Source: Betaproteobacteria bacterium
Lineage (GTDB): Bacteria; Pseudomonadota; Gammaproteobacteria; Burkholderiales; SG8-39
Reading direction: 5' to 3'
Assembly (NCBI GenBank): GCA_052386675.1
Contig: JBQTJX010000029.1
Location: 66,958-130,957 of the forward strand
DNA length: 64,000 nt
A program made the translations under genes and the position numbers. Every line of letters starts with the position of its first letter. Position 1 is the first letter of the stretch. This document shows, one piece after another, positions 37,408 through 49,040 of the stretch. Under the pieces are notes generated by a model. It saw only the letters and a program-made list of their open reading frames with translations. It ran no database searches and was not told the origin of the DNA.

Positions 37408-38058
37408 CTAGGCCGCGGCGCGGTATTTCAACGGCACGCCGTTCAGCTTCTGCAGCTCCTCGAAGGAGAGCCCCTCGGCGCAGATTTCCACCAGGTGCAG
37501 GCCGTCGGCCTTGATGTCGATCACCGCGAGGTCGGTGTAGACGCGCGTCACGCAGCGCACGCCCGTGAGCGGGTAGCTGCAGCGCTCCACGATCTTGGAT
37601 TCGCCTTTCTTCGTCAGGTGTTCCATCGTGACGAACACCTGCTTGGCGCCCGCCGCGAGGTCCATCGCGCCGCCCACCGCGGGGATCGCGTCCGCCTCGC
37701 CGGTGTGCCAGTTGGCGATGTCGCCGTTGGCAGCGACCTGGAACGCGCCCAGCACGCAGATGTCGATGTGGCCGCCGCGGATCATGCCGAAGGAGTCTGC
37801 GTGGTGGAAGTAGGCGCCGCCAGTGACGATGGTCGCCGGTGCCTTGCCCGCGTCCATCAGGTCCTCGTCCTCGGTGCCCGGCGCGGGCTTTGGCCCCAGG
37901 CCGAGGATGCCGTTCTCGCTGTGCAGGATGATCTCGCGATCCTTCGGGATGAAGTTGGCCACCAGCGTCGGCAGGCCGATGCCGAGGTTGACGTAGGCGC
38001 CTTCAGGGATGTCGCGCGCGACACGTGCGGCGATCTGGTTGCGGTCGAGTTTTTTCAT
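37408..38058 (-). CDS. pcaJ: 3-oxoacid (3-oxoadipate) CoA-transferase subunit B
   Basis: VNLGIGLPT, SENG catalytic Glu motif, GGAMDL. Confidence 0.85.
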   Translation of the reverse strand: MKKLDRNQIAARVARDIPEGAYVNLGIGLPTLVANFIPKDREIILHSENGILGLGPKPAPGTEDEDLMDAGKAPATIVTGGAYFHHADSFGMIRGGHIDICVLGAFQVAANGDIANWHTGEADAIPAVGGAMDLAAGAKQVFVTMEHLTKKGESKIVERCSYPLTGVRCVTRVYTDLAVIDIKADGLHLVEICAEGLSFEELQKLNGVPLKYRAAA

Positions 38059-38735
38059 GCGGCTTTCCTCAGGGCTTGCACCTTCACCACGCGCTGCACG
38101 AAGATCCCCGGCGTGACGATGTTCTCGGGATCGAGCTCGCCCAGCGCCACGGTTTCGCGCACCTGCACCACGGTGCACCTGGCCGCGGCGGCCATGATGG
38201 GCGCGAAGTTGCGCGCGGTCTTGCGGTAGGTCAGGTTGCCCCAGCGGTCGGCGCGGTCGGCCTTGATGAGCGCATAGTCGGCGTGGATCGGGTATTCGAG
38301 CACGTAGCCCTTGCCGTTGATTTCGCGCGTCTCCTTGCCCTCGGCAAGCCGGGTGCCGAAGGCGGTCGGCGTGTAGAAACCGCCCACGCCCGCGCCGGCG
38401 GCGCGGATGCGCTCGGCCAGCGTGCCCTGCGGCACCAGTTCCAGTTCTATCTCGCCCGCGCGCCACGCCTTGTCGAAGTGCCAGGAATCGGTCTGGCGCG
38501 GGAACGAGCACAGGATCTTCTTCACCCGCTTCGCGGCGATCAGCGCGGCGAGCCCTGCGTCCGCGTTGCCCGCGTTGTTGTTCACCACGGTGAGGTTCTT
38601 CGCGCCCTGCGCGATGAGCGCGTCGATGAGCTCGGAGGGCATGCCGGCGTTGCCGAAGCCGCCGATGAGGATGGTTGCGCCGTCGGCAACATCGGCGAGG
38701 GCGGCGGCGGGAGATTCCAGGATTTTGTCGATCAT
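38055..38735 (-). CDS. pcaI: 3-oxoacid (3-oxoadipate) CoA-transferase subunit A
   Basis: GGFG.AG.P, NNNAGN, CSFPRQ, PQGTLAERIRA, RKTARNF. Confidence 0.85.
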   Translation of the reverse strand: MIDKILESPAAALADVADGATILIGGFGNAGMPSELIDALIAQGAKNLTVVNNNAGNADAGLAALIAAKRVKKILCSFPRQTDSWHFDKAWRAGEIELELVPQGTLAERIRAAGAGVGGFYTPTAFGTRLAEGKETREINGKGYVLEYPIHADYALIKADRADRWGNLTYRKTARNFAPIMAAAARCTVVQVRETVALGELDPENIVTPGIFVQRVVKVQALRKAA

Positions 38736-38932
38736 GGCCGAATCTTAGCGGTCGCCACGGACCGGGGCTTGAACGCCAAATAGCTCACGTTCCACATTTA
38801 CTGATTGTTCTATGTATTTGATTTTATATATTGTTTAAGTTTTCAGTTTTCACCTCCAGAAGTGTTGCTAAGTCGTTGTCAGGCTTAGGAAAAACCACTT
38901 TCCTCTCTTGACCATTCCTGTCGTTTTCGCAT

Positions 38933-38960
38933 AAAGTGGGAAAACGTAGAAAAAAGTGGC
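38933..38960 (+). promoter_or_regulatory. MraZ-binding direct repeats in the dcw promoter
   Basis: GTGGG (38936), GTAGA (38946), GTGGC (38956) at 10-bp period in A-rich context; TTGACC at 38908. Confidence 0.7.
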
Positions 38961-39012
38961 AGACGAGGGGCGCTTTCCCCCGCTTCCACGCAAAAGCGGG
39001 AGACGAAGGCAG

Positions 39013-39465
39013 ATGGGTGGGACGTTTCACGGCGCTGTGCTGGTCACGCTGGACGCAAAGGGGCGCCTGTCCATCCCGACGCGCCACCGCGACGCGCTGT
39101 TCGACGCCGGCCGCACGCTCGTGCTCACCGCGCACCCGGAAGGCTGCGCGCTCGTGTATCCGGAGACCGAGTGGGAGCGCGTGCGCGCGCAAGTGGCGAA
39201 GTTTCCCAGCTTCAATGCGCAGGCGAGCTGGTGGAAGCGCCTGCTGCTCGGGTTCGAGGAGCACGTCGCGCCCGACGCATCCGGCCGCGTGCTGCTCTCG
39301 AGCGGGCTGCGAATGCACGCCAGGCTCGAGCGCGAAGCGATGCTGGTCGGCCAGAGTCACTACTTCGAGCTCTGGGACGCCGGCGTCTGGAGCGCCAAGC
39401 TCGCCGCCGCAAACCTGACCGGCGGCGGCACGCCGCCCCAGGGGATGGAGGACTTCTCGCTGTGA
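39013..39465 (+). CDS. mraZ: Division/cell wall cluster repressor MraZ
   Basis: LDAKGRLSIP and DASGRVLL repeats, FELWD. Confidence 0.93.
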   Translation: MGGTFHGAVLVTLDAKGRLSIPTRHRDALFDAGRTLVLTAHPEGCALVYPETEWERVRAQVAKFPSFNAQASWWKRLLLGFEEHVAPDASGRVLLSSGLRMHARLEREAMLVGQSHYFELWDAGVWSAKLAAANLTGGGTPPQGMEDFSL

Positions 39466-39492
39466 GCGCAGGCGGCGCGGAGGACGCCTCGG

Positions 39493-40506
39493 ATGGAATC
39501 CCACAGCCTTTTGCACCGTCCTGTCCTGCTCGAGGAAGCGATAGCAGGCCTGAATCTCCAGTCCACGGGCACCTACCTGGACCTCACCTTCGGCCGCGGC
39601 GGGCACAGCCGCGCCATCCTTGGGCGGCTCGGGCCGCGGGGGCGCCTGGTCGCGCTCGATCGCGATCCGGAAGCGGTCGCCTCCGCCGCGTCGATCACGG
39701 ACCCGCGCTTCTCCATCCACCACGCCGCCTTCAGCGAGTTCGGACAGGTGCTGGACGCGCAGGGCATCGGCCTGGTGCAGGGCGTGCTCGCGGACCTGGG
39801 CGTGTCCTCTCCGCAGCTGGACGACCCGGGGCGAGGCTTTTCGCTGCGGGGCGATGGCCCGCTTGACATGCGCATGGATCCGACGCGGGGCGTGTCCGCC
39901 GCGGACTGGATTGCCACGGCCTCAGAACAACAACTCAGGGAGGCGATAGCCGGCTATGGGGAAGAACGGTTTGCTAAACAGGTTGCAAAGGCGATTGTTG
40001 CTGCTCGCGAACGCGAACCGCTCCGCCGCACACAACAACTTGCCGCTGTCGTGGCTGCGGCGGTCGTCAAACGGGAAACACGGCGCGAGGCCGGCCAGAA
40101 TCCGGCGACGCGCACCTTTCAGGCTCTACGGATTCTCGTCAATCGGGAGCTTGAGGAGGTCGCGCTGATGCTGCCCCGGGCGCTCGCGCGCCTGGCGGCG
40201 GGCGGCCGGCTCGCGGTGATCAGCTTCCATTCCCTGGAGGACCGCCTGGTGAAGCGGGTGCTGCGGGCGGCGGCCGCGGCGGACGCCTTGCCCCGGGATT
40301 TGCCTGTGCGCGCCCGCGATTTGCCAGAACCCGCGCTGAGAATCATCGGCCGTGCGCACAAGCCCTCGGCCGCCGAAGTCGCCTCCAATCCGCGCGCGCG
40401 AAGCGCGCGGCTGCGCATCGCCGAACGCAGCGGCGCGCCGTTCGATGCCGCGCTACTGGAGCGCAGGATTTCTACCGTACACGGGCCCGACGCGTGGCGA
40501 AGCTGA
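39493..40506 (+). CDS. rsmH: 16S rRNA C1402 N4-methyltransferase
   Basis: [40 protein letters not shown]. Confidence 0.96.
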   Translation: MESHSLLHRPVLLEEAIAGLNLQSTGTYLDLTFGRGGHSRAILGRLGPRGRLVALDRDPEAVASAASITDPRFSIHHAAFSEFGQVLDAQGIGLVQGVLADLGVSSPQLDDPGRGFSLRGDGPLDMRMDPTRGVSAADWIATASEQQLREAIAGYGEERFAKQVAKAIVAAREREPLRRTQQLAAVVAAAVVKRETRREAGQNPATRTFQALRILVNRELEEVALMLPRALARLAAGGRLAVISFHSLEDRLVKRVLRAAAAADALPRDLPVRARDLPEPALRIIGRAHKPSAAEVASNPRARSARLRIAERSGAPFDAALLERRISTVHGPDAWRS

Positions 40507-40793
40507 ACCTCCTCCTCCTCCTGGTTCTCATCGTCTGCGCGCTCGGGCTCGTGACCTCGCAGCACAAGTCGCGGAAACTCTTCTCGGAGCTGGAGCGCGA
40601 GCAGGAGCGCGCGCGCCAGCTGGAGATCGAGTACGGCCGGCTGCAGCTGGAGGCGAGCACCTGGGGCCTGCATTCGCGCGTAGAGCGCATCGCGGGCGCG
40701 ACCCTCGGCATGCGGGCGCCGGACCCGCGGCGGGTCCGGATGGTGGACGGCGCCTCGCCGGTGAAGGCGACCGCGCACGGAGCGGGCCAGTGA
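40494..40793 (+). CDS. ftsL: Cell division protein FtsL
   Basis: TM plus coiled coil LQLE.ST..RVERIA; position in dcw. Confidence 0.9.
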   Translation: MAKLNLLLLLVLIVCALGLVTSQHKSRKLFSELEREQERARQLEIEYGRLQLEASTWGLHSRVERIAGATLGMRAPDPRRVRMVDGASPVKATAHGAGQ

Positions 40794-42517
40794 GCGCCAC
40801 GAGCATCCCGTCCCCGGTCCGCCTGCCGGTGTGGCGCGCGCGGGTGGTGCTGATCGCGCTGCTGGCGGCCTTCGGCGTGCTGGCCGCCCGATCGATATGG
40901 CTGCAGTCGGTGCAGACCGGCTTCCTGCGCGAGAAGGGCGAGGCGCGCTACTCGCGCGTGCTCGAGGTGCCAGCCACGCGCGGGCGCATCCTCGACCGCC
41001 ACGGCGACGCGCTCGCAGTGTCGACGCCGGTACAGTCGGTGTGGGCGATCCCGGAGGACGTGAAGGCGACCCCGGCGCAGCTGAAGTCGCTCGCCGGCCT
41101 GCTTGCCATGGAGCCGCGCGAGCTCGAGCGGCGCGTCGGCGACGCCTCGCGGGACTTCGTCTACCTGAAGCGCCAGCTGCCCCCGGAAGCGGCGGAGCGC
41201 GTCGCGGCGCTGAACATTCCGGGCCTCTACCAGCACCGCGAATACCGCCGCTACTACCCCGGCGGCGAGACCATGGCGCACGTGATCGGCTTCACCGGCG
41301 TGGACGACGCCGGCCAGGAGGGCATCGAGCTCGCGCAGCAGGCGCAGCTCGCCGGCGCGCCGGGCAGCCGGCGCGTGATCAAGGACCGCCTCGGGCAGAT
41401 CGTCGAGGACATCGAGTCCATCCGCTCCGCGCGCGACGGCCGCGACATCACGCTGGCGCTCGATGCAAAGATCCAGAACCTCGCCTACGGCGCGCTCAAG
41501 TCCGCAGTGGAGGCGCACCGCGCGCGCGCCGGCGCCATCGTGGCGATCGACGCGCGCAGCGGCGAGGTCGTGGCGCTCGCCAACTTCCCGACCTACAACC
41601 CGAACAACCGGGCGAAGCTCTCGGGCGCGCAGCTGCGCAACCGCGTGGTCACCGACACCTTCGAGCCCGGCTCGACGTTGAAGCCCTTCACCGCGGCGCT
41701 CGCGCTGGAGCTGGGCAAGGCCACGCCGCAGACAGTGGTGCAGACCGCGCCGGGCACGCTGACCATCGCCAGCTACACCATCCGCGACGCGCACCCGGGC
41801 GGCGCGCTCAGCGTGGCGCAGGTGATCCAGAAGTCCTCCAACGTCGGCACCGCCAAGCTCGCGCTGCAGCTGCCGCGCGAGGAGATGCATGCCTTTTACC
41901 GGCGCCTGGGATTCGGCGCGCAGCCGCAGCTGGGCTTTCCCGGCGAGGCCACCGGCCGCCTGCGCGAGGCGAAGACCTGGCGCCCGATCGAGCAGGCGAC
42001 CATGTCCTACGGCTACGGCATCTCGGTCAGCCTGGTGCAGCTCGCGCGCGCCTACACCGTGTTCGCGCGCGACGGCGACCTGGCGCCGCTGTCGCTCACC
42101 CGCACCGGCATGCCGGTCGCCGGCCGCCAGGTGATGTCGCGGGAAACCGCGCGCGCGCTGCGCGCCATGCTCGAGTCCGCGGTGCAGCCCGGCGGCACCG
42201 CGCCGCGCGCCCGCATCATGGGCTGGCGGGTCGCCGGCAAGACCGGCACCTCGCACAAGCAGGAGAACGGCGGCTATGCGCCGAACAAGTACGTCTCCTC
42301 CTTCGTCGGCTTCGCGCCGGTGTCGGACCCGCGCCTGGTGATCGCGGTGATGCTGGACGAGCCCACTGCCGGCCAGCACTTCGGCGGCCAGGTCGCGGCG
42401 CCGGTGTTCTCGCAGGTGATGCAGGGCGCGCTGCGGCTGATGGGCGCGCCGCACGACGCGCCGCTGGTCCCCGTGGAGCTGCCGGGCGAGGGCGATGAAG
42501 CCAGGGAGAGCACCTGA
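40790..42517 (+). CDS. ftsI: Peptidoglycan transpeptidase PBP3
   Basis: RGRILDR, EPGSTLK (SxxK), SSN, KTG. Confidence 0.95.
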   Translation: MSATSIPSPVRLPVWRARVVLIALLAAFGVLAARSIWLQSVQTGFLREKGEARYSRVLEVPATRGRILDRHGDALAVSTPVQSVWAIPEDVKATPAQLKSLAGLLAMEPRELERRVGDASRDFVYLKRQLPPEAAERVAALNIPGLYQHREYRRYYPGGETMAHVIGFTGVDDAGQEGIELAQQAQLAGAPGSRRVIKDRLGQIVEDIESIRSARDGRDITLALDAKIQNLAYGALKSAVEAHRARAGAIVAIDARSGEVVALANFPTYNPNNRAKLSGAQLRNRVVTDTFEPGSTLKPFTAALALELGKATPQTVVQTAPGTLTIASYTIRDAHPGGALSVAQVIQKSSNVGTAKLALQLPREEMHAFYRRLGFGAQPQLGFPGEATGRLREAKTWRPIEQATMSYGYGISVSLVQLARAYTVFARDGDLAPLSLTRTGMPVAGRQVMSRETARALRAMLESAVQPGGTAPRARIMGWRVAGKTGTSHKQENGGYAPNKYVSSFVGFAPVSDPRLVIAVMLDEPTAGQHFGGQVAAPVFSQVMQGALRLMGAPHDAPLVPVELPGEGDEAREST

Positions 42518-42573
42518 TTGACGATGCCTTCGAGCGGCTCGCGCCGCAGCTTGCCGTCACAGGAGAGGCGATC

Positions 42574-44007
42574 GTGCGCCTGACCTCCGACAGCCGGCGC
42601 GCCGCGCCCGGCACCGCGTTCTTCGCCTGGCCCGGCGCCAGCGGCGATGGCCGCCGCCACATCCCGGAGGCGATCGGGCGCGGCTGCGCCGCGGTGCTCT
42701 GGGAGCGAGAAGGATTCGACTGGAACGCCCAATGGCGCGTGCCCAACGCCGCCGTGAAGGGTCTCAAGTCGCGCGCCGGGTTCCTCGCCGACGCCTTCTA
42801 CGGCAAGCCCTCGGCATCGCTCTGGATCTGCGGCATCACCGGCACCAACGGCAAGACCTCCTGCGCGCAGTGGATCGCGGCGGCGTTGTCGGCGCAGGGC
42901 GAGAAGGCCGGCGTCGTCGGCACGCTCGGGGCGGGGTTCGCCGGCGCGCAGGCGCCGGTCGAGAACACCACGCCCGACGCGCTCGAGGTGCACCGGCTGC
43001 TGGCGCAGATGAAGGGCGCCGGCGCCGGCGCGGCGGCGATGGAAGTGTCCTCGCACGGCCTGGAGCAGGGCCGCGTCAACGGCGTGGCCTTCGACTGCGC
43101 GCTGTTCACCAATCTTTCGCACGACCACCTCGACTACCACGGCAGCATGGAGGTTTACGCGGCGGCAAAAGCCCGGCTGTTCGACATGCCCGGGCTCCAG
43201 GCCGCGGTGCTGAACCTGGACGACGTGCTGGGCGTGCAGCTGGCGGGGCGGCTGGCCGCGCGCGGAATGTGCACGATCGGTTACACGCTGGACCGCGCCG
43301 CAGTGGCGCCGGGGTCGGTGAGCGAGTGGATCTGCGCCGTGCCACTGGAGGGCGGGCGCGTCGCGATCGAATCGAGCCGCGGCAGCGCGACGATCGCCTT
43401 CGGCCAGCTCGGGCGCTTCAACCTGTCCAATGCGCTGGGCGTGCTGGGCTGCCTGATGGCGCGCGGCCTGCCGTTCCAGAAGGCGGCGCGCCTGCTGGAG
43501 GATCTGCCGCCGGTGCCGGGCCGCATGCAACGGGTCGGGAACCCCGGGGGCGGGGACGCCGGACCGCTGGTGGTCGTGGACTACGCGCACACGCCGGATG
43601 CGCTCGACAAGGTGCTCCAGGCCCTCCGGCCGGTCGCCGCGGCGCGCGGCGGAAAGCTGGCGTTGGTGTTCGGCGCCGGCGGCGGCCGCGATGCCGCCAA
43701 GCGGCCCGCGATGGGCGCGGCCGCTGCGCGCCACGCCGAACGCATCGTCATCACCTCGGACAATCCGCGCGGCGAGGACCCGCTCGGGATCATCGAGGCC
43801 ATCGCGAGGGGCATCCCGGGCGTGCACCATGCCGAACCCGATCGCGCGCGCGCCATCACCGACGCGATCTGCGGCGCCGCGCAGGCCGACGTGGTGCTCA
43901 TCGCAGGCAAGGGACACGAGGCCTGGCAGGAAATCGCCGGCCGCAAGCTGCCGTTCTCCGATGTCGCGGTGGCGCAGGCTGCGCTCGCCTCGAGGAGAAG
44001 CGCATGA
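42574..44007 (+). CDS. murE: UDP-MurNAc-dipeptide--DAP ligase
   Basis: GTNGKT, MEVSSH, DHLDYH, DYAHTPD, DNPR, GKGHE. Confidence 0.95.
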   Translation: MRLTSDSRRAAPGTAFFAWPGASGDGRRHIPEAIGRGCAAVLWEREGFDWNAQWRVPNAAVKGLKSRAGFLADAFYGKPSASLWICGITGTNGKTSCAQWIAAALSAQGEKAGVVGTLGAGFAGAQAPVENTTPDALEVHRLLAQMKGAGAGAAAMEVSSHGLEQGRVNGVAFDCALFTNLSHDHLDYHGSMEVYAAAKARLFDMPGLQAAVLNLDDVLGVQLAGRLAARGMCTIGYTLDRAAVAPGSVSEWICAVPLEGGRVAIESSRGSATIAFGQLGRFNLSNALGVLGCLMARGLPFQKAARLLEDLPPVPGRMQRVGNPGGGDAGPLVVVDYAHTPDALDKVLQALRPVAAARGGKLALVFGAGGGRDAAKRPAMGAAAARHAERIVITSDNPRGEDPLGIIEAIARGIPGVHHAEPDRARAITDAICGAAQADVVLIAGKGHEAWQEIAGRKLPFSDVAVAQAALASRRSA

Positions 44008-45356
44008 TGGGACTTGGCGAGGCGGCGCAGGCCATCGGCGCGCAGGCGGTCGGCGTCGAAGTCCGCTTCGGCGGGGTATCCACGGACACCCGCAGCGTCG
44101 GCCAGGGCGAGCTGTTCGTCGCCATCCGCGGCGAGCAGTTCGACGGCCACGCCTTCCTCGACGCGGCGAAGGAACGCGGCGCGACGGCGGCGATGGTGGA
44201 CCGGCGCCATCGCGGGGCGGCGCCATTGCCGCTGCTGGTGGTGGAGGATACCCGGCGCGGCCTGGGCCGCCTCGGTGCGCATTGGCGCTCCCGGTTCAAT
44301 CCGGTCCTGATCGCCGTCGCCGGCTCCAACGGCAAGACCACCACCAAGGAAATGCTGGCTTCGATCCTGCGCGCACATGCGGGAGACGACGCGACGCTCG
44401 CGACCCGCGGAAATCTCAATACCGACATCGGCGTGCCGATGACGCTTCTGCGCATGACCGGCGGGCACACGCACTGCGCGATCGAGCTGGGGATGAACCA
44501 CCCGGGGGAGATTGCGTACCTGGCGGCGATCGCGAAACCCACCATCGCGGTGGTGACCAACGCGCAGCGGGAGCACCAGGAGTTCATGAAAACGGTGGAG
44601 GCGGCGGCCATCGAGAATTCAAGCGTCTTCGAGTCCCTGCCGTCCGAAGGCATCTCCGTGGTGAATGCTGATGACGAGCAGGCGCCTGTTTTCCGGCGCG
44701 CAAAAGGCGCGCGGCGGACCGTGGAGTTCAGGATCGAAGGCGGGGCGGATGTGACGGCGACGTATGTGCTGGGGCCGTTGTCCAGCGACATCGTGGTGCG
44801 GACACCTGCCGGCGAGGCGAAGGCCACCATCGCGATACCGGGCTTGCATAACGTCAGGAACGCGCTCGCGGCGGCGGCCTGTGGTTTCGCCGCCGGAACG
44901 GCGCCGGCGGCGATCGGAAAAGGGCTGGAGGCGTTCCGGCCGTATTCGGGGCGGCACCAGGTGAAGGTCCTGAAGTCGGGCGCCACGCTGATCGACGACA
45001 GCTACAACGCCAATCCCGATTCGGTGCGCGCGGCCATCGACGTGCTGGCGCAGCTGCCGGGCCCGACGCTGCTGATCCTGGGCGACATGGGCGAAGTGGG
45101 TGATTCCGGCCCCGAGTTCCACCGCGAGGTGGGCGCCTACGCGAAGGAGAAGGGGATCTCGCGGCTGCTGGGCACCGGCGAGGCGACGCGCGATGCGGTG
45201 CGGGCGTTCGGGGCGGGCGCGAGCCATGTCGAGGACGTGGAGGGCGTGGCGGCGCAGGCGGGTGGCGCGAGGTCGCTGCTGGTGAAGGGGTCGCGCTTCA
45301 TGCGCATGGAACGCGTGGTCGCCCGGCTGACCGGCGACAAGGCGGGAGGTCACTGA
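44004..45356 (+). CDS. murF: UDP-MurNAc-tripeptide--D-Ala-D-Ala ligase
   Basis: [31 protein letters not shown]. Confidence 0.95.
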   Translation: MMGLGEAAQAIGAQAVGVEVRFGGVSTDTRSVGQGELFVAIRGEQFDGHAFLDAAKERGATAAMVDRRHRGAAPLPLLVVEDTRRGLGRLGAHWRSRFNPVLIAVAGSNGKTTTKEMLASILRAHAGDDATLATRGNLNTDIGVPMTLLRMTGGHTHCAIELGMNHPGEIAYLAAIAKPTIAVVTNAQREHQEFMKTVEAAAIENSSVFESLPSEGISVVNADDEQAPVFRRAKGARRTVEFRIEGGADVTATYVLGPLSSDIVVRTPAGEAKATIAIPGLHNVRNALAAAACGFAAGTAPAAIGKGLEAFRPYSGRHQVKVLKSGATLIDDSYNANPDSVRAAIDVLAQLPGPTLLILGDMGEVGDSGPEFHREVGAYAKEKGISRLLGTGEATRDAVRAFGAGASHVEDVEGVAAQAGGARSLLVKGSRFMRMERVVARLTGDKAGGH

Positions 45357-46447
45357 TGCTGCTGGAACTGGCCGAGATCCTGGCGCGCGACATCCGCGCC
45401 TTCAATGTCTTCCAGTACATCACGCTGCGCGCGGTGTTCGCCTGCCTGACCGCGCTGGCGATCTCGCTCATCCTGGGGCCCTTCGTGATCCGCAAGCTGA
45501 CCGCCTACAAGATCGGGCAGTCGGTGCGCGACGACGGCCCGAAGTCGCACCTCACCAAGGCGGGCACCCCGACCATGGGCGGGGCGCTGATCCTGGTGTC
45601 GATCGCCATCACCACGCTCGCCTGGGGCGACCTGTCCAACCGCTTCATCTGGGTGGTGCTCCTGGTGACGGTGGCATTCGGCGCCATCGGCTGGATCGAC
45701 GACTACCGCAAGGTGGTGCACCGCAACCCGAAAGGGCTGTCGGCGAAGGCGAAGATCTTCTGGCAGTCGGTTTTCGGCGTCGCCGCGGCGATCTACCTGG
45801 CGTCGCTCGCGCAATCCATGCCGGCGCTGAACCAGCTGATCGTCCCGTTCTTCAAGAACATCGCCTACCCGCTGGGCACCGTGGGTTTCATCGTGCTGAC
45901 GTACTTCGTGATCGTCGGCACCTCGAACGCGGTGAACCTGACCGACGGCCTGGATGGCCTCGCCATCATGCCCACGGTGATGGTTGGCGGGGCGCTGGGC
46001 ATCTTCGCCTACGTCGCCGGCAACGCGGTGTTCTCCAAGTACCTCGGCCTGCCCTACATCGCCGGCGCCGGCGAACTGGCGGTGTTCTGCGGCGCCCTGG
46101 TGGGCGCCGGCCTTGGCTTCCTGTGGTTCAACGCCTATCCGGCGGAGGTGTTCATGGGCGACGTCGGCGCGCTGGCGCTTGGCTCGGCGCTGGGGACCAT
46201 CGCGGTGATCGTGCGCCAGGAGATCGTGCTGTTCATCATGGGCGGGGTGTTCGTCGCCGAGACGCTGTCGGTGATGATCCAGGTGATCTATTTCAGGCTC
46301 TCGGGGGGCAAGCGCATCTTCCGCATGGCGCCGCTGCACCACCACTACGAGCTGGAGGGCTGGAAGGAATCGCAGGTGGTGGTGCGCTTCTGGATCATCA
46401 CCATGATGCTGGTGCTGTTCGGCCTGTCGACGCTGAAGCTGCGGTGA
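45356..46447 (+). CDS. mraY: Phospho-MurNAc-pentapeptide transferase
   Basis: [30 protein letters not shown]. Confidence 0.97.
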   Translation: MLLELAEILARDIRAFNVFQYITLRAVFACLTALAISLILGPFVIRKLTAYKIGQSVRDDGPKSHLTKAGTPTMGGALILVSIAITTLAWGDLSNRFIWVVLLVTVAFGAIGWIDDYRKVVHRNPKGLSAKAKIFWQSVFGVAAAIYLASLAQSMPALNQLIVPFFKNIAYPLGTVGFIVLTYFVIVGTSNAVNLTDGLDGLAIMPTVMVGGALGIFAYVAGNAVFSKYLGLPYIAGAGELAVFCGALVGAGLGFLWFNAYPAEVFMGDVGALALGSALGTIAVIVRQEIVLFIMGGVFVAETLSVMIQVIYFRLSGGKRIFRMAPLHHHYELEGWKESQVVVRFWIITMMLVLFGLSTLKLR

Positions 46448-46449
46448 CC

Positions 46450-47850
46450 ATGAACATGCGCCAGCCTCTCTTCAGCACGCTTCCCAGGCCGCAGGCGATG
46501 GCCCTTTCCGGCCGGCGCGTGCTCGTGCTGGGCATGGGCGATACCGGTTTGTCAGCGGCCAGATGGATCGCCAGCCAGGGCGGCAGCGTGCGCGCGGCGG
46601 ACACGCGCGCAGCACCGCCGCGGCAGCGGGACCTTTCCGCCTGGGAGTCGGTCACCGGCCCGTTCACGCCGGCGCTGCTCGAGGGCGTGGACCTGGTGTG
46701 CAAAAGCCCGGGCCTCGCGCTCGATGAGCCGGTGGTGCTCGAAGCGGTCTCGCGCGGCATCCCGGTGCTGGGGGACATCGAGCTGTTTGCCTGGCATGTT
46801 CGCGCGCGTTCGAACGCGAAGGTGCTGGCGGTCACCGGCACCAACGGCAAGACCACGGTCGCCGCGCTAACCGGGCACCTGTTGCGCTCGGCGCAGGTGG
46901 ATTGCGAGGTCGCCGGCAACATCGGACCCGCCGCGCTGGAGGCGCTGCTCGTGCGCGGTGCGCGGCAGCCGGCGGCGTGGGTGCTGGAGCTCTCCAGCTA
47001 CCAGCTGGAAACCACCTGGTCGCTGGCGCCGGATGCGGCGGCGATGCTGAACCTGACCGAGGACCACCTCGACCGCTACTCCGGCCTCGCGCAATACGCC
47101 GCCGCGAAGGCGCGGATCTTCCAGGGCGCGGGCACGCAGCTGCTCAACCGCTGCGACTCGGCCTCGATGGCGATGCTGCTGGCGGGCCGGGCGCAAGCCA
47201 CCTTCGGCATGGACGCGCCGACGATGCCGGAGGATTTCGGCCTGGTCATGGAGGGCGGCCGCGAGTGGTTCGCGCGCGGCGCCGAACGCTTCTTCGCCGC
47301 CGCCGAGCTGCCGCTGCACGGGCGCCACAACGTCTCCAACGCGCTTGCGGCTTGCGCGCTCGCCCATGCGGCGGGCGCGTCGCTTGCGGCTCTTGCCGGC
47401 GGCCTGCGCAGCTTCCACGGCCTGCCGCACCGTGTCGAGCGCATCGCCGAGGCGGGCGGCGTCGCCTGGTACGACGACTCCAAGGGAACCAACGTCGGCG
47501 CCACGATCGCCGCGCTCAATGGCATGGGCGGGAAGGTGGTGCTCATCGCCGGCGGCGATGGCAAGGGCCAGGACTTCTCGCCGCTCGCCGGGCCGGTGCG
47601 CGCCCGCGCCCGCGCCGTGCTTCTCATCGGCCGCGACGCCCCACAGATCGAGTCTGCGCTGCGCGAAAGCGGGGTTCCGCTGGAGCATTGCCGCACGCTC
47701 GATGCGGCGGTAAAGCGCGCCGCCGCGATCGCGCAGCCCGGCGACAGCGTGCTCTTGTCCCCGGCCTGCGCCAGCTTTGACATGTTTCGCAGCTATGCGC
47801 ATCGCGGCCAGGTGTTCGCGCAAGCCGTTAAGGAATCCGTCCATGGCTGA
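46450..47850 (+). CDS. murD: UDP-MurNAc-L-Ala--D-Glu ligase
   Basis: [34 protein letters not shown]. Confidence 0.95.
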   Translation: MNMRQPLFSTLPRPQAMALSGRRVLVLGMGDTGLSAARWIASQGGSVRAADTRAAPPRQRDLSAWESVTGPFTPALLEGVDLVCKSPGLALDEPVVLEAVSRGIPVLGDIELFAWHVRARSNAKVLAVTGTNGKTTVAALTGHLLRSAQVDCEVAGNIGPAALEALLVRGARQPAAWVLELSSYQLETTWSLAPDAAAMLNLTEDHLDRYSGLAQYAAAKARIFQGAGTQLLNRCDSASMAMLLAGRAQATFGMDAPTMPEDFGLVMEGGREWFARGAERFFAAAELPLHGRHNVSNALAACALAHAAGASLAALAGGLRSFHGLPHRVERIAEAGGVAWYDDSKGTNVGATIAALNGMGGKVVLIAGGDGKGQDFSPLAGPVRARARAVLLIGRDAPQIESALRESGVPLEHCRTLDAAVKRAAAIAQPGDSVLLSPACASFDMFRSYAHRGQVFAQAVKESVHG

Positions 47851-49024
47851 AGCCATCGCCGGCGTCGCCGACCTGCGCTCCGGACGCGGCGCGCCGGACG
47901 CGGACTACGACCGCTCGCTGACCTGGGCTGCGCTGCTGCTGGTCGCGACCGGCTTGGTGATGGTGTACTCGGCCTCCATATCAACTGCCGAGGCAAGTCG
48001 TTTTACCGGGCAGAACGCGGCCTACTACCTCATGCGCCACGGCATCTTCCTCGCGCTGGCGCTGGTCGCGGCGGTGGCGGTGTTCCTGGTCCCGGTGCGG
48101 CACTGGCAGAAGGGCGCGCCCTGGCTGTTCGCCGCCGGCATCGTGCTCCTGGTCCTGGTGCTCATCCCCGGCATCGGCCGCGAAGTGAACGGCGCGCGAC
48201 GCTGGCTCAACGTCGGCATCGGCACGCTGCAGCCCTCGGAGTTGGTAAAGCTCGCAGTGGTGCTCTATGCGGCGGACTACACCGTGCGCAAGCACGCGGT
48301 CCTGAAGAATTTCCGGCGCGGCCTGCTGCCGATGCTGGCAGTGATGCTGGGCGTGGCCTGGCTGCTGCTGCGCGAGCCGGATTTCGGCGCGCTGGTGGTG
48401 ATCACGGTCACCGCCTTCGGCATCCTGTTCCTGGGCGGCATGAGCCTGCGCCACTTCGGCGCGCTGGTGGGCATGCTGGGCGTCGGCTTCGCCGCGCTGG
48501 TGCTGTCCTCGCCGTACCGCATGCAGCGCATCTTCGGCTTCATGGACCCCTGGGCCGATCCCTGGGGCAAGGGCTACCAGCTGTCGCACGCGCTGATCGC
48601 GTTCGGCCGCGGCGAATGGTTCGGCGTCGGGCTGGGCGCGAGCGTGGAGAAGCTGCACTACCTGCCCGAGGCGCACACCGACTTCCTGCTCGCGGTGATC
48701 GCCGAGGAACTGGGCCTCGCGGGCGTCGCCGCGGTGGTGCTGCTGTTCACCTGGGTGGTGCTGCGCGCGTTCGCGATCGGGCGGCAGGCCGCGTTGCGCG
48801 AGCGCCACTTCGCCGCGCTGGCGGCGCAGGGCTTCGGGCTCTGGATCGGCTTCCAGGCGCTCATCAACATGGGCGTGAACATGGGCCTGCTGCCCACCAA
48901 GGGACTGACGCTGCCGCTGATGAGCTTCGGCGGCACCGGCCTGGTGATCAATTGCGTGGCGATCGCGATCTTGATCCGGATCGACTGGGAGAACCGGCAA
49001 CTCGCCAGGGGATTGAACGCTTGA
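47843..49024 (+). CDS. ftsW: SEDS peptidoglycan polymerase FtsW
   Basis: [31 protein letters not shown]. Confidence 0.95.
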   Translation: MAEAIAGVADLRSGRGAPDADYDRSLTWAALLLVATGLVMVYSASISTAEASRFTGQNAAYYLMRHGIFLALALVAAVAVFLVPVRHWQKGAPWLFAAGIVLLVLVLIPGIGREVNGARRWLNVGIGTLQPSELVKLAVVLYAADYTVRKHAVLKNFRRGLLPMLAVMLGVAWLLLREPDFGALVVITVTAFGILFLGGMSLRHFGALVGMLGVGFAALVLSSPYRMQRIFGFMDPWADPWGKGYQLSHALIAFGRGEWFGVGLGASVEKLHYLPEAHTDFLLAVIAEELGLAGVAAVVLLFTWVVLRAFAIGRQAALRERHFAALAAQGFGLWIGFQALINMGVNMGLLPTKGLTLPLMSFGGTGLVINCVAIAILIRIDWENRQLARGLNA

Positions 49025-49040
49025 ACGCCTTCGCTACCGG

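Noticed and set aside
38780-38960. Most AT-rich segment of the window, possible foreign DNA or origin
   Set aside because: Sits in the divergent pcaI/mraZ gap and contains MraZ boxes, consistent with the dcw promoter region.
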